NCBI GenBank assembly: GCA_034780895.1
Contig: JAUZTB010000069.1
Coordinates: 18,338,064 to 18,402,063 of the forward strand
Reading direction: 5' to 3'
Source: Rhynchobatus australiae
Lineage: Eukaryota
Length of the DNA: 64,000 bases
The translations under genes were made by a program, and so were the position numbers. This document shows positions 12,850-26,087 of this stretch, piece by piece. The notes beneath the pieces are model-generated. The model was given only the letters and a program-made list of their open reading frames with translations, did not search any database and was not told where the DNA came from. Position 1 is the stretch's first letter, and every line of letters starts with the position of its first letter.

Positions 12850-13799
12850 CTGTACAAAGGAAAAGCCCATTAGTAAAATCAATAGTGGGGTCTTCCCATG
12901 CTCACAGGTTTCACAGCCATCCTGCTCCCCAGTCAAGCTGGTCAGCATAGGTCATCTCTAACAGAGTACTGGCCTGTGCTAGCTACTTCTCACTCCCCTG
13001 GTCTCTCGTAGCCACGTGATTTTTTTGGACAAGAATTCACTGAATTTTGCCACTAGAAGTTTCCAGGCAGTGTATTTCTGATCATAGCAGCTTGCTCTGT
13101 TTCTTTTCCTAAACACATTGTGTCTGTCCCGTTTGGTCATTGACTTTTCTGCCATTGTAAGTGATTGAGTAATGGGGTAAATGTTCACTGCTGCTGCTTA
13201 GAGTCACAAAGAGCTATAGGTGATTTATGTTACTAGACTAATAATCCAGAGCAAGAGAGCTCAAATCCCTATCAGCAAGGATTGGAAAAACAAGAAATAG
13301 GATTCAACCATTAGGAAAATAAAGAGTGATTAAACGACACTGGGTTGTTGCAAAAACCTGATAGGTTCACCAATTGCCTTTTGTGAAGTAAACTTGCCAT
13401 CCATAATTGATCTAGGTCCACATCCAATTCCTACAACTAACATGGTTGGAAGCAGCTGCACACCACACAATTGATGGCCAGAGCAAGATTGTCAGCTATT
13501 TCAAAGCCATCTAGATATTAAAAGCTGAATTCAAGTGTGCAGACTAGCACCGTGGGACTTAATGCAAAACAAAAGCTTTTCACTGTATCTCGGTAGATGT
13601 GACAATAATAAACTAATAACTTGTATCTGGTGGATCACAATGAAAGACATTCTTCCCCACTCGTTCTACAGGATGAATGTCTTTAGTGGAGAAAGACCCA
13701 GAATGAGTTTATTTTTGGGATAGATGGGTCAAAAGATGAGATTGATCCAGAATGCCCAAGTTTCTCCACCCTCAGTACTATTTTTAAACATTTACTCAC

Positions 13800-14252
13800 C
13801 TCTGCTGATCCTACACCTGTTTCACCCGCACCTGGGACAGCACTGGTTGGCTTGGGGAAATTTCTCCAGATCTTGCTAGACTTGGGTCTCCCGCGATGGT
13901 TCTGACTTTCAATCTTCCAACTGTCTGAAGGCTGTTCCATTGCTGTGTTTTGATCTTGGCAGTTTGTGCTTTTCTCATCAGATGGCTGTTCATTTTCTAC
14001 AACTGGGACCCACCGGTCCACATCCAACACTATGGTCTCATGTGGCTTCTTGCGTTTTACCCTCAATTTCTTTTGTTCTATCTTCTGGACCTCCTCTTGT
14101 CCTTCTTCGTCTGCCTCTTGCTCCTGCTCCATCTCCTCCAAGATTTTGTCATCCTCCTCCAAGTCCTCAGAACTCTCCTCAGAGCTGCTTTCCCATCTCG
14201 ACTTCGTGACTTGTCGCCTCCTCTTCCTTTTCCGTGTACTTTGTTGAGCCTT
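13800..14252 (-). CDS. SNAPC4: SNAPC4 exon with the basic, Ser-rich and acidic region after the Myb repeats
   Basis: tttttcag|AAG and GAG|gtgagt; RKRKRRR...SRWESSSEESSED...VLDVDRWVP resembles human RRRRRR...VRWSSTSSS...VPDMDLWVP. Confidence 0.9.
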
Positions 14253-14789
14253 CTGAAAAAAAATGTTTAAAAATCTAGTGTTTGCAAAGATAGGATGGGG
14301 ATTTCCACAGTTTTTCATAATCCCAGCATGTCCAAACACAGTTCACTGCCAAAAAACTAACATATAATCACATACACCTTGCCATATTTCCACAAGAACA
14401 ATCAATACTGTCAAATCTCTTTGCTGATTGATACAAGTACAAATATTGGTTACAAACAGCATCTCTAACTAATGCTCAACTTGAGCCAGACATTTTGTTT
14501 CCAGCCTATTGTCCAGTAGTAGGTTAACAGATCTCAGCAATACCTCAGTATCACAAGGCTGAAGAGGGAGTCACACTACAATAACCCAGAAGTACCTGAA
14601 ATTAACTGTGCTCCAATAACTGCAACCTTGGTTGATAACCAATTCAGCAAAGATTGCATCTTAAGGGTCAATAGAACACACATTTATTCATTTATCACTG
14701 TGGTGAAAGCCCACAATTATATAAAACCAATCAACCACATGAGAAAGGACTCTATTAATTTAAACCACACAAGAAAAACAGGATATCTA

Positions 14790-15010
14790 TGGTATAGGAG
14801 GCGGTCAAGGGTGATGCATATTTGAAATGAGCTGCCAGAGGCAGCAGTTGAGGCAGGCACATTAGCTATGTTTTAAAGCCATCTAGATAAGTACATGGAT
14901 AGAAGAAGTTGCGAGGGCTATGGGCCAAACACGGGTGGATGGGACTAGCTCGCTGGGTAACACAGTTGGCATGGATGAAGGGCCTGTTTCCATGCTGCAA
15001 GACTATGAAT
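14790..15010 (+). mobile_element. CR1 LINE 3' end
   Basis: tggaatgagctgccagag-like motif, and tail gaagggcctgtttccatgctgcaagactatg. Confidence 0.75.
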
Positions 15011-15330
15011 TCTTCAAACCTGCTTTAATCCAAAAAACCCANNNNNNNNNNNNNNNNNNNNNNNNNNNNNNNNNNNNNNNNNNNNNNNNNNNNNNNNNNN
15101 NNNNNNNNNNNNNNNNNNNNNNNNNNNNNNNNNNNNNNNNNNNNNNNNNNNNNNNNNNNNNNNNNNNNNNNNNTTCTCAGTCGTTAGCCCTTAACAACAA
15201 GCGAGCACAGATCCACTGAAAACATCACTCAGTACGCTTATTTCAAACTCCGGTGTTGTGTCTAATCTTAGCGATCATTCAGTGCAGGTAAGCCCTCAGC
15301 TTATTCTCTAAAGCAAAGGGAATCATTTCA

Positions 15331-15410
15331 TTCCAGAGTGCCAGTCCATTTACTGAGGCATTGAGTGTCTGTCCTGCCTGAGAGCTCTGCAGCTATCTTG
15401 GCCCACTTGC
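15331..15410 (-). CDS. SNAPC4: SNAPC4 exon, end of last Myb repeat (donor site not visible)
   Basis: ttttacag|GC AAG TGG; KWAKIAAELSGRTDTQCLSKW; followed by tgaaat rather than GT. Confidence 0.85.
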
Positions 15411-16560
15411 CTGTAAAAAGACATTCAAAACATTGAAACTTTGGTTGAGAATAGAGTATCAAGTGATAAACTAGAACTGCAAGTCCTGTAATGCAATGCA
15501 TTAAGACATTGGCATTCACTAAGTATCACAAAATACATGTTAAGTTATTAATACTGCTTCCTGAGGACTTTGCTGCTTCACTATTGCAGTATTCAGCACA
15601 ATTACACTTCACCATCTCCACATCAAGTTACAGATCTGGAGAGAGAATGAGCAACATTTGTCATATGACAGCGGTGGAGAGACAAAGTTGAGGCCTAGTT
15701 TGTTGGTGCTTCCCAGATTATTTTTAACTGAGACTTTGATATTTCAATGCTGTTAGATTAACACTCAAACCCTCTCCATGCATTCTAAATTCCTCTAAGC
15801 ATTCTTGTGCATTCCTGAAAGTCATCCCCTTCTGTCAAAGGCTGTCCTTTTGGTTTATTGTGCAGTTACCCTATGTACCACCTACGGCTCTGTTAGTGTT
15901 CCATAACCTGATTACAAAAGGCCTTGCCTTCAAACTTGGCCTCCCTGCCCAAACACCCCCCACCACCCCACCTCCACACTAACTACTCTTCCTCTATCTT
16001 GTCAAATGAATCCACTGTTGACTAGACATAGAGAACAAAGAATAAACTGAGTCTGCTTGGAGCTCGGTGCCTGGTCAGAGACAGGAAGAGCAGCATTCAG
16101 GTGGAGGAAAAAGCCCCTAGGACTGGGAAGATGCAAAAAATTTCTTTTAAAGTTTAGGGAAGTAGTTCAGAAAACTTGCAAAATTTTATTTATATTTTGG
16201 CTTTATTTTGCTGTTCTGTGCTGGAAATTATTTACTTGGTCTCTTATTTGAGAGCCAACAACAGGGAAGTTTCTGCTATAAGATGACATATGGATTGGTA
16301 GTCAATCAGAAGATTCAGATCAATTAAGAGAAGCAAAAATTGGTTAAAGGCACAACTTGTCTGACAAACTGAAGATAAAATAGTATGCAGTTTTAAAGAA
16401 AGTGATGACGATTTTGTGTTAATTTAGANNNNNNNNNNCATGCAGCACATATAATGCACAGTGATCATCACTTCAGGGCATGCTTGAGGAAAAAGGAAAT
16501 TAAAACTGGTACAGCAGCAAAATGAGCTTTCAGGTTTTATATCTGCATCTCATCTCTTAC

Positions 16561-16655
16561 CAACTCCGTGCTTCTCAATCAGCGCTTTAAAAGTGCTCTC
16601 CTCCTGTTCTGTCCATTTTCCTTTTCTCACATTTTGATCTAAACCATTCCGGTAC
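16561..16655 (-). CDS. SNAPC4: SNAPC4 Myb-repeat exon (95 bp)
   Basis: ttcacag|G TAC...GTT G|gtaaga; YRNGLDQNVRKGKWTEQEESTFKALIEKHGV. Confidence 0.93.
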
Positions 16656-17148
16656 CTGTGAAAGATTTAACAGTCTTTTATCATTCCCACATCTCCAGCC
16701 TGCCAAAAACATCCCCAGCAATTTATCACTATCCTTATGTGAAAAAGTAGCCACTGCTGCGTAACAGAACATCCAGCCATAACCTGCCCAACCAAGACAG
16801 TTTGCTTCAATAACAGCAGCCCTTTTATCATCATGCAGCCATTCTCATCCAAAGAAACCCATTACCAATGTCTCAGTTGGTGAAAGGGACTTCTTAAACC
16901 ATAGACCATGAAGGTCCAAGATTGATACTTGGATGCAAAAATCATTTTACAGGTGAGATGCAATTGACTCCAATACTCCCTAACCTGGAGAAGAGGAAAA
17001 TGAGAGCAGGACATTTCATGGTACTCTGCACTACTCCCCATCTAGTGCTTCCTTGTGGAATATAAATATTACAAGGCACCTGCCACTGGAACAAGTTGAA
17101 GAAACCATTTTCACCCCACTCTGGCAACATGCCACACCACAAACATAC

Positions 17149-17243
17149 CTGTCTCTACATTGGGAATCAATCCTTCCAGGGACTTCCTCTTGAATCTTAA
17201 ACCAGTCCCGACTTCCATATTTTGCCACTGCCTTCAGGAGAAG
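17149..17243 (-). CDS. SNAPC4: SNAPC4 Myb-repeat exon (95 bp)
   Basis: ttcctag|CTT...AG|gtatgt; LLLKAVAKYGSRDWFKIQEEVPGRIDSQCRDR. Confidence 0.95.
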
Positions 17244-18238
17244 CTAGGAAACAAAACAATCTCCCATTACTTTAGTCCTTAATGCTGCTTGGCCCCAGAG
17301 GAATGGAGAGAGAAAAATCTAATGGGGTTATCTAGAACTAGATGACATTGTTTCAGAATCAGGGATTGTCCATTTATGATGGAAATAGAATAATTTTATT
17401 TTCCTCTCTGAGAAGGTTGTGAATCTTTACCTCCAGAGAGCTGCGGTGGAGCCATATTCATGGCAGAGATTTACAGATATTTAAACTATATATATTAAAA
17501 AATCAAGGGATATAAGGGGAGAGTGGGAAAATTGTGTTGAAACCTGTGGATCGGACACGATCTTATTGAATAGGAGAGCAGGGCCCAGGGGCTAAGTCTC
17601 ATTCCTGTTTCTCACTTTATGCCTCCCTACCACAATAATCCTAACCCAATGTAATATCAAAAGAGAATCCTAGTACCATATTTCCATTGCTTTTACATTC
17701 CTTCTATAATTGGGCACCAAAGCCATCCAATATCGTTCCTTTGCTTTTAGATTCCATCTCCAAAAGCAAAGATTCAGTTCATCTTTTAGGTCATGAATAT
17801 CACGAAAAAAATCATCTAGTAGATGACAGAGAAAGAACCATGTATCAAGAAATTTCTCAGAAACAGTGCTGTTGGATACAACTGTAATCAGCATTCCTAG
17901 ATTTTGGTGGGAAGATATAACCAGATAATCGCAGTGAGGTTCTCTGTACCCAAAATGGGCTACACACAGAATTGGATTCCCTGGAGAAGCTTTACAGTTA
18001 GAATGAATGACCAAAATTTATCTTTAACATTTAACTACAAGAAATGGATGCTAAGGTGAAGTGCTGAAGGAAAACATCAGTGGTCATGCCTTTGCAGAGA
18101 AGTGCAGAAAAAAACCTAGAGTACTATGAAGAGGACAAGTCAGTAAACTGCAATCACCTTCTGCAATGACCCAATTGCAAGTAGAACTGGCTGGTGATCC
18201 ATGACAGAACAAAGGACCCACAACCAGAAGCAACCTAC

Positions 18239-18345
18239 CGCATCTTCTGCTGGTGTCCAAGGTCCTTTTTTGAGTGTGGGATCTAGAGACTTGGACCAGC
18301 GATACAAAATCTGGCTACCATTCCGTCCCTCCATAAAATACGCAA
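18239..18345 (-). CDS. SNAPC4: SNAPC4 Myb-repeat exon (107 bp)
   Basis: ctttgcag|TT GCG...GCG|gtaggt; AYFMEGRNGSQILYRWSKSLDPTLKKGPWTPAEDA. Confidence 0.95.
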
Positions 18346-18459
18346 CTGCAAAGAAGCAGATTTGTATTTCAGAATCTTATTTATATAAACCAAATCAAAA
18401 AAACCCAGAATACCCACTATTTAGTGCTGGGGAAATAGACCAGTCAAAAGATTGTAGGA

Positions 18460-20570
18460 TAGGTTTTAAAAAGTTCATAGTCCTCAACAACCCCCTTGCT
18501 CCTAATTTATGTATAAAATGCCTTAGGATTCTCGTTTATCCTACCTGCCAAGCACATTTCATGGCCTCTTTATCCCTACTTTTCTTTCCTGCTTCTTTTA
18601 TCTTCCTCAAAAGACTAGTCTGATTTCAGCTTCCTGAACCTTGCACCTGCTTCCTTTTTCTATTTAACTAAACTTACTATGTCTTATCATCCAAGGTTCC
18701 CAGACCTTCCCATCCTTATACCCCACTCTGATCACCTGGCCAAGCTCATTCCTTAATAGAAATTTTCATATGGTACCATCCCTAGTTGGACTATCTACAT
18801 ATTGNNNNNNNNNNNNNNNNNNNNNNNNNNNNNNNNNNNNNNNNNNNNNNNNNNNNNNNNNNNNNNNNNNNNNNNNNNNNNNNNNNNNNNNNNNNNNNNN
18901 NNNNTACATATTGTTTCAAGGAACCCTCCTGGATGCACCTAACAAATTTGGCCCCCATCAAAGCCCCAGCACTGAGATAGTCCCAGTCAATATTGGGGAA
19001 GTTAAAAATCACCCACTACAATGACCCTGTTACATATTTCCATTATCTGCCTGCTTATCTATTCCTCTAGATCTCATCAGTTATTAGGAGGCCAATAGTA
19101 TAACCCCATGGTGATTGGACCTTTCTTATTCCTGAGAGCCTCACTGGATGAGCCCTCCAAGATTTCCTCTCAATGCAGCAGTGACATTCTCCCTAATCAG
19201 TAATGCAGCTTCCCCACCTATCTATCTCAGTTTGCTGGTTGCATGATCTTACATAGAACAGTACAGCACAGCACAGGAACAGGCCTTTCAGCCCACGATG
19301 TCTGCACCAAACACAATGCTGAATTAAACCAATTCTCTTCTGCCTGTACGTGACCCCTCCATTCCCTGCATATTCATGTGTCTAACAGCCTCTTAAACCC
19401 AACTATCGTATCTGCTTCCACCACTTCCCTGGCAGCCTGTTCCAGGCACCTACCACTTTATGTAAAAAAAATCATCTCCTTTAGACTTGCCCCCTCTCAC
19501 CTTGAGTGCATGTCCTCTAGTACTTGACATCTCTACCCTGGGAATAAGTTCTGACTGTCTGCTCTATCTAAGTTTCTTATAATTTTATAAAGTTCTATTG
19601 AGTCTCCCCTCAGCTTCCAATGCTGCAGAGAAATCAATCCAAGTTTGTCTAACCTCTTAGAGCTAATACCCTCTTCTTTTACATCCCCATCTGTCACGTC
19701 CAAAACATCTACACACTGGAACATTGAGCTGCCAGCCCCACCCTTCTCTCAATCAAGTTTCTGTAATGGTTACCACATCATAGTTCCATGCACTAATCCA
19801 AGGCTCCAAATTCATCTTCCTTACCCATTATACTTATGCATTAAAATAAATACACTGCACACCATCATATTCTTGCCACATTCATTATCTTGGTCCTGCA
19901 TGCTTTTGCTGTTAGACTTACTTAACCACAACCTCAATCACTTCACCTTCTGACCTACTGGTCTGGTTCTCACTTCCCTGTCGCACCAGTTTAAAATCTT
20001 TCAAGTTGCACTAATAAACCTCCCTGCAAGGATATTGGTGCCCCTCCAGTTTTGGTACAATGGATCCTTCTTGTACAGGTCCCACCTGCCCTGGAAGAGA
20101 TCCCAATGATCCAGGTATCAGAAGCCACACATTCAACTATACTAGCTTCTTATTTCTGGCCTCACTAACATGTGGNNNNNNNNNNNNNNNNNNNNNNNNN
20201 NNNNNNNNNNNNNNNNNNNNNNNNNNNNNNNNNNNNNNNNNNNNNNNNNNNNNNNNNNNNNNNNNNNNNNNNNNNGGCCTCACTAACATGTGGCACAGGG
20301 AGCAATCCTGAGATTACCACCCAAGATCCTGCATTTTAACTTTCTACCCAACTCCCTAAAAATTATTTACGCATTTTTCTCCCTACCTACGTTCACATCA
20401 ATATGGACGACTTCTGGCTGCTCACCTTCCCCTTTCAGAATGTCCTGTCAGAGACATCCTTGACTCTGGCACCAGGGAGGCAACATACCATCTTGCTTGC
20501 AGCCACAGAAGTGCCCATCTGTGCCCCTGACTAAAGTCCTCATTCACTACCCCATGCCTAGACTTTGTCC
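18460..20570 (-). mobile_element. Degenerate CR1 LINE (ORF1 end and endonuclease region) with a nested CR1 3' fragment at ~19250-19675
   Basis: ORF 18791-19012 FNFPNIDWD...KFVRCIQEGSLKQYV; atggtatgttgcctccctggtgccagagtcaaggatgtc near 20490 reads MVCCLPGARVKDV (CR1 ORF1); nested piece LRGDSIELYKIIRNLDRAD. Confidence 0.85.
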
Positions 20571-21118
20571 TTCCTTTCTGTACAACAGCCAGTCGTGGTG
20601 CCACTGATTCCCCTGATTGTTTAGTGGTTGGAAACATACGGTGTTACGGAGCGTCAGACATGGCTTTTTACAGCACTGAAAGCAATCTGAGTTAGAGTAG
20701 AAATGGCAGTGAGGATTCTCCCTCTTGTTCACCATGTAGTACAAAGAGCAGAGTTGAGATCAGGTTCAGCTGTGACCCCTGCTGGCTGGATTTCCTAGTC
20801 ACATTCACCAATTGGCCCAACATTTAGCATCTTGATGAGGTATTAGGGGAAGAGTTAGAGGTCAGCTCGGCATGAAGTGGGGAAGGATGTCTTTGAGCTG
20901 ATGTGGGAAAAGTAAATGTGCGACTTGATCAAGGCAGGAATCTCACCTCTGGGGTATGAAGTACTGCCCACTTTGTACAGCCACATCATGCACACCTAGC
21001 AGAGACAGGTTAAACTTAATCAGAGAAGCCACAAATACCATGACTAAAAGCTCAGAGGCTGGGTATCCACTCTCAAGTGACTTGCCTCCTGTATTACTTA
21101 ATACTTTCCTCCATCCAC

Positions 21119-21567
21119 AAGGTGCAAAATGGAACTAGTTGATGACATAATATTGTTCTGTTTCTCTTGAGAAATTTTGGCCCAGTTTTTGTGTTTTTTT
21201 CCCCCTATTTTTGTTTGTAAACAATGTAAACTAAACTAAGCAATTTTTTTAATATATTGATTTGGGGTTTCTTTTTCTTTTTTTTAAATTCATATAATAA
21301 ATCTTTTTCTTTCCTTTCTTTTATACTCTATTCATTAACTAAGAGATTGTTGGACCATGTTTTTTTTTAAAATATATTTTATTGTATGATTATCTAAGAC
21401 TTGAGTGATATCCAGATCTCTGTAATACATGTACGAACTTTGATGCTATATACCGATCTGTATTGATCTCTTTGTATCACGTATATAATCACCGGTGTTA
21501 TATGTATTATTCTGTATTAATTTGAAAATTAATATAAGATTGAAAAAGAAAGGTGCAAAATGGAACT
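21119..21567 (+). mobile_element. 5'-truncated non-LTR (L1-like) insertion with an 18-bp target-site duplication
   Basis: aaggtgcaaaatggaact at 21119-21136 and 21550-21567 flanks a T-rich body with an A-rich tail. Confidence 0.8.
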
Positions 21568-23520
21568 CAACCCACTCACTTGAGTGCAGTTCCAACTACA
21601 CAAGTTGGAGAATACTTCAACACCACCTCCCAAGCCCATCACCTCTACCACTTAGGACACAAAAGTAGCCCTTTAAGTCCCACACCATCTTGAATCAGGA
21701 ACAACACCGTTCCTTCATCATCACTTGGCAGAAATCCTGAAAACATGCTATATGGGTACTTTGACCAGGAATGTAGCAGTGAAGATAGCTGCTCAACATG
21801 ACCTTCAAGGACAAAAAAGAATTGGCACTAAATGCTGGCCTTGTTGGCAGGCCTTCATTGCACAAGTTTACTATTTTAAAAAAAAGCAAGGGTTCTCTTT
21901 ACAATATCTTACTAAATAACAATTTTGTAATTTCAAATTGATTAAGCATAAAAAAGGAGTTCATTTGGCAAAAATGAGCCCATGCCCTCCAGGTTCTTCC
22001 TCCNNNNNNNNNNNNNNNNNNNNNNNNNNNNNNNNNNNNNNNNNNNNNNNNNNNNNNNNNNNNNNNNNNNNNNNNNNNNNNNNNNNNNNNNNNNNNNNNN
22101 NNNNNNNNNNNNNNNNNNNNNNNNNNNNNNNNNNNNNNNNNNNNNNNNNNNNNNNNNNNNNNNNNNNNNNNNNNNNNNNNNNNNNNNNNNNNNNNNNNNN
22201 NNNNNNNNNNNNNNNNNNNNNNNNNNNNNNNNNNNNNNNNNNNNNNNNNNNNNNNNNNNNNNNNNNNNNNNNNNNNNNNNNNNNNNNNNNNNNNNNNNNN
22301 NNNNNNNNNNNNNNNNNNNNNNNNNNNNNNNNNNNNNNNNNNNNNNNNNNNNNNNNNNNNNNNNNNNNNNNNNNNNNNNNNNNNNNNNNNNNNNNNNNNN
22401 NNNNNNNNNNNNNNNNNNNNNNNNNNNNNNNNNNNNNNNNNNNNNNNNNNNNNNNNNNNNNNNNNNNNNNNNNNNNNNNNNNNNNNNNNNNNNNNNNNNN
22501 NNNNNNNNNNNNNNNNNNNNNNNNNNNNNNNNNNNNNNNNNNNNNNNNNNNNNNNNNNNNNNNNNNNNNNNNNNNNNNNNNNNNNNNNNNNNNNNNNNNN
22601 NNNNNNNNNNNNNNNNNNNNNNNNNNNNNNNNNNNNNNNNNNNNNNNNNNNNNNNNNNCATTCCAGGCTGGAACATAATGTCAGTCAACATTGCCAGTGC
22701 AGTAATTAGATGGCAGCACTTTTAAACAGAACCAAAAATGATTCCTTCCCCTTCACTGTCTGAATCAAATTGAGGCAATGGTCACTCCCAGAACCTCTAA
22801 TACCAAAATACGACGTCAACATACTAGATATTGTTTAAAATGATCAAGTACCTCATGAAATTACTCATTGCTGGATTTGCTGTGTGTAAAATAGCTGCTT
22901 ACACAAAAGCCATCAAACTTCAAAAATAATCTCTTGCACTTTAAGTACTTAGATTTTTTAAGTATTGGGAGAAGGCATTACAGAAATATAACTCTCTTTC
23001 CCTTTCAATGACATACAGTTTCATGAGATCTTCAGTCAGAATTAACACTTCATAATCATGACATTGCTCATAAAAACACAGGACCAACACACTCATGGAT
23101 TCAACATTCACTCCCATCAGACAGAATAGGTCTCTCGATTAGAATCCTAGCCTAGGGTAATTTGACTGAATATTAGCAAGGAATTGATGTTATCATCTGT
23201 GTTAGAACCAGTTGCATTAAAGGTTAAAAGACAGAGGGAAGGTGGATGGAATCAAGATCTAACTGGCCTTGATCTGAATGGGAGAAACCAAAATGGTAGA
23301 AAAGGTTTGCAGGGCTGAATGTCTTACTTCTGTACTATTTTCCTAAAATATATGAGTATGTATTGTTACCAGTTGCTGTTCAGACCCTCCTGGAAATAGG
23401 CAAGCTCAGTGAAGGCTGACTGCCATTGAATTGCTCTGTCAACACTCAGTAAACCTACATGCGGAGAAAAGTCAATTTGTGTGGAGTGGAACTCAATTTT
23501 TCACTATGCAACATCAGTAC

Positions 23521-23670
23521 CTTTAGCTCACTAGCAACACAGCCACATCTCTCTGCGATCTCAATTAGCTGCTGCGTCTCTTGGCTGCTCCACTGTGCTT
23601 TGTTGATGCTTGGGTGTTCAGAGTTCTGCCAGACCCTCTTAATATCTTCTGCCTTGCGACTTCCATCAAA
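23521..23670 (-). CDS. SNAPC4: SNAPC4 Myb-repeat exon (150 bp)
   Basis: gtttgtag|TTT...AAG|gtactg; FDGSRKAEDIKRVWQNSEHPSINKAQWSSQETQQLIEIAERCGCVASELK. Confidence 0.92.
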
Positions 23671-24143
23671 CTACAAACAGAAAACACAGTTAGAAGTCCA
23701 GCATAGTTTTAAGCCTTTAAAAGGCTTGTAAACTTCTGGAACTGGAAAGAGTGCTCCCATTTGTCAGTCTAGAAGGCACCTGATTTAACTTACTTTGGAT
23801 CATCAGAGCACAAATGGCCAAGGAAGAGAAATCAGGCAGGACTTTACTCCTCCTGACCACTATTAAGTATAGCTGGCTAGATCAGAATGTGAAGCAAGTA
23901 ATTAACTTTCAAGATGAAAGAATACCCAAAAATACATTTCGAATGGTGCAGGGGGTGGAAGGCGAAGGGATGGAGGCTCTGAAAATGTATTCAAGCAAAC
24001 ACCAAGTTCAATGGCTATCTAAGGAGATGAACAGATGCAGAGACCAGGAAGGGCAGAGAATATAAGGGTGGATGGTGTGGGCAGGAACCCAAAACCAAAC
24101 TGATTAACCTTAAATACACTTCCAACAATGTGGACATACTTAC

Positions 24144-24216
24144 ATCAATGTTGGCGATCTTTATCCAATCGTGGTCATCAAACCTATTTCCCAACAACTG
24201 CCGTTGTGTCATCTGG
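24144..24216 (-). CDS. SNAPC4: SNAPC4 exon (73 bp)
   Basis: cttatag|C CAG...GAT|gtaagt; QMTQRQLLGNRFDDHDWIKIANID. Confidence 0.95.
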
Positions 24217-25982
24217 CTATAAGAAAGTTAAGGAGTAACACTCTTTTATAAACCATGGCTAGAGTTGCTAATACTCACTCTCAGCCAGAAGTATACATTA
24301 TAGCACATATTTCACAACAGAAATATTAAATATCATTTGTTGAAAATTAATGCCTTTTATTCAGAGTGCTACTTAGAGGCAAAAGCAGAAAGAGAGCAAA
24401 AAGGCAGCTTGTTAGTTCACTCCACAGCCAAATGTTTGGCAGGATATCAAAAGACAATCTAGAATAGTGAGCACCATGAAATTCAGATTAAATATACTTC
24501 AATTTCAGTAGAGGCATCTATTGTTTCAGAAACAGGCACCAGTGGTAGGATACAGGAAATTTCTCACGGCAGACAGGATATTTCTCCCTGCCTGGTAGTT
24601 TCACGTCCCCAAGAATACCGTGATCTTTATACCAGCATCTACCCCCAACCCCGAGCATGCTTCGTCAAATGACCCATCCTGTAGACTTAATTTGGTCAAG
24701 TGTAACACCATATTGTCCTAAAAATAATCCCACCAAGTCAGCTGGAGTTTCTCAGATCACCAAAGCTTGATGCTTTGTTTTTGCATTGAAGGCAGGTTCA
24801 CAACCACCAGCCTGCCCATCCCTATCAAGACCTCAAGCCTACAGTTTCTCAAGCTTGTACATAAAGTGTGATTCTGATACAGTAAATAGTAATTCAAAAA
24901 AATGTTGTAACTGCATTCACTTCAAGGTTTTGATTAATTTGTTCCTCATAGTGCCTGTGTAAATATGAATAGATGTTCAAGTCAGTTCTTCTACTCTATT
25001 AGAAGATGGTTGGGGCTCTACTCCATTTGATCAACTTTCCTCCATGTTCCTCAATATCTTCTTACTCCAAACTAAAAAACTCATTCTAGAATCTCAGGCC
25101 TGGCAGTTCTGAGAAATGTTGCACCATTCATCACTAGGAGGATAACCAATTCTATGCAAAAATCGCAACACGTCGTCCTGAGTGAAAACAAAGGCTACGA
25201 TAGCCTGGATTGCTCTTTGTAGCACCCTCCGCCAAAGAAGTTAAGTGTGGCATAGGTGCTCTGTATGAATGGGACACAGTTGTACCAATTAAAATAAAAC
25301 TGAATATCCATCATCTTCTCTGTTTTTAAAATACATTTAAAATAATTGTTGAACCTATTTTAAAGGCAAGTTCTTCAGGAAGAGATAGAAACATACGGCA
25401 ACTTAGCACTCCAATACGTAAGCTGCGGGCTCTAGTGGTTCAAGCAAATATTGCAGACCCCACAGCACTATTAGGAAAGCAAGGAGTTCTCTCAGGGCTC
25501 CTGGATAAAATTGCACCCACAACCAACAATGCTGGTTATCCATCAAAAGAGGTGCTGTTGAGGGCAAGAGTCAAATTGTCCTTGCTTGTTTTCAGTGTGG
25601 AGTCAACTCTGTAAATGGTGACAATCCAAAGACTACAAGTCTGAAATTAAAGGCAGGAAACACTAGGAAAGTTCAGGAGATTAACTAACAGAAGAAAATG
25701 CAACCAACAACTTAGCCACACCTCCTTCATTTGATGTCATCAACATACCTATGGCTTATTGCAGCTAAAGATAATAAACGTATATGTGCACTTTCATACA
25801 TTTTTGCTCACAAACACAGGTATTCTAGCAGTAAATCAAAAGAAACCTTCCCATGCAAGAGGAACGTCCTACTAAAAAGGCAAAAAAAACACAATGGCAA
25901 TGCAAATCAATTGATGTGAAGTTGACTAATGCTCAATTAGATACTCTTCTAAAAATGCCTGTTGGCAGGAAGGTTATCTCAC

Positions 25983-26087
25983 TTGATCTCTTCCATTTCT
26001 CGCTCAGTTTCACCAATCTGCTTCCTCAAGCTATTTTTCTCCTTTTCATTGCGGGACAGTTCCAGCTTTTTGTTCAGGTACTCAAGC
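25983..26087 (-). CDS. SNAPC4: SNAPC4 exon (105 bp)
   Basis: ttctag|G CTT GAG TAC...AA|gtgaga; LEYLNKKLELSRNEKEKNSLRKQIGETEREMEEI. Confidence 0.93.
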
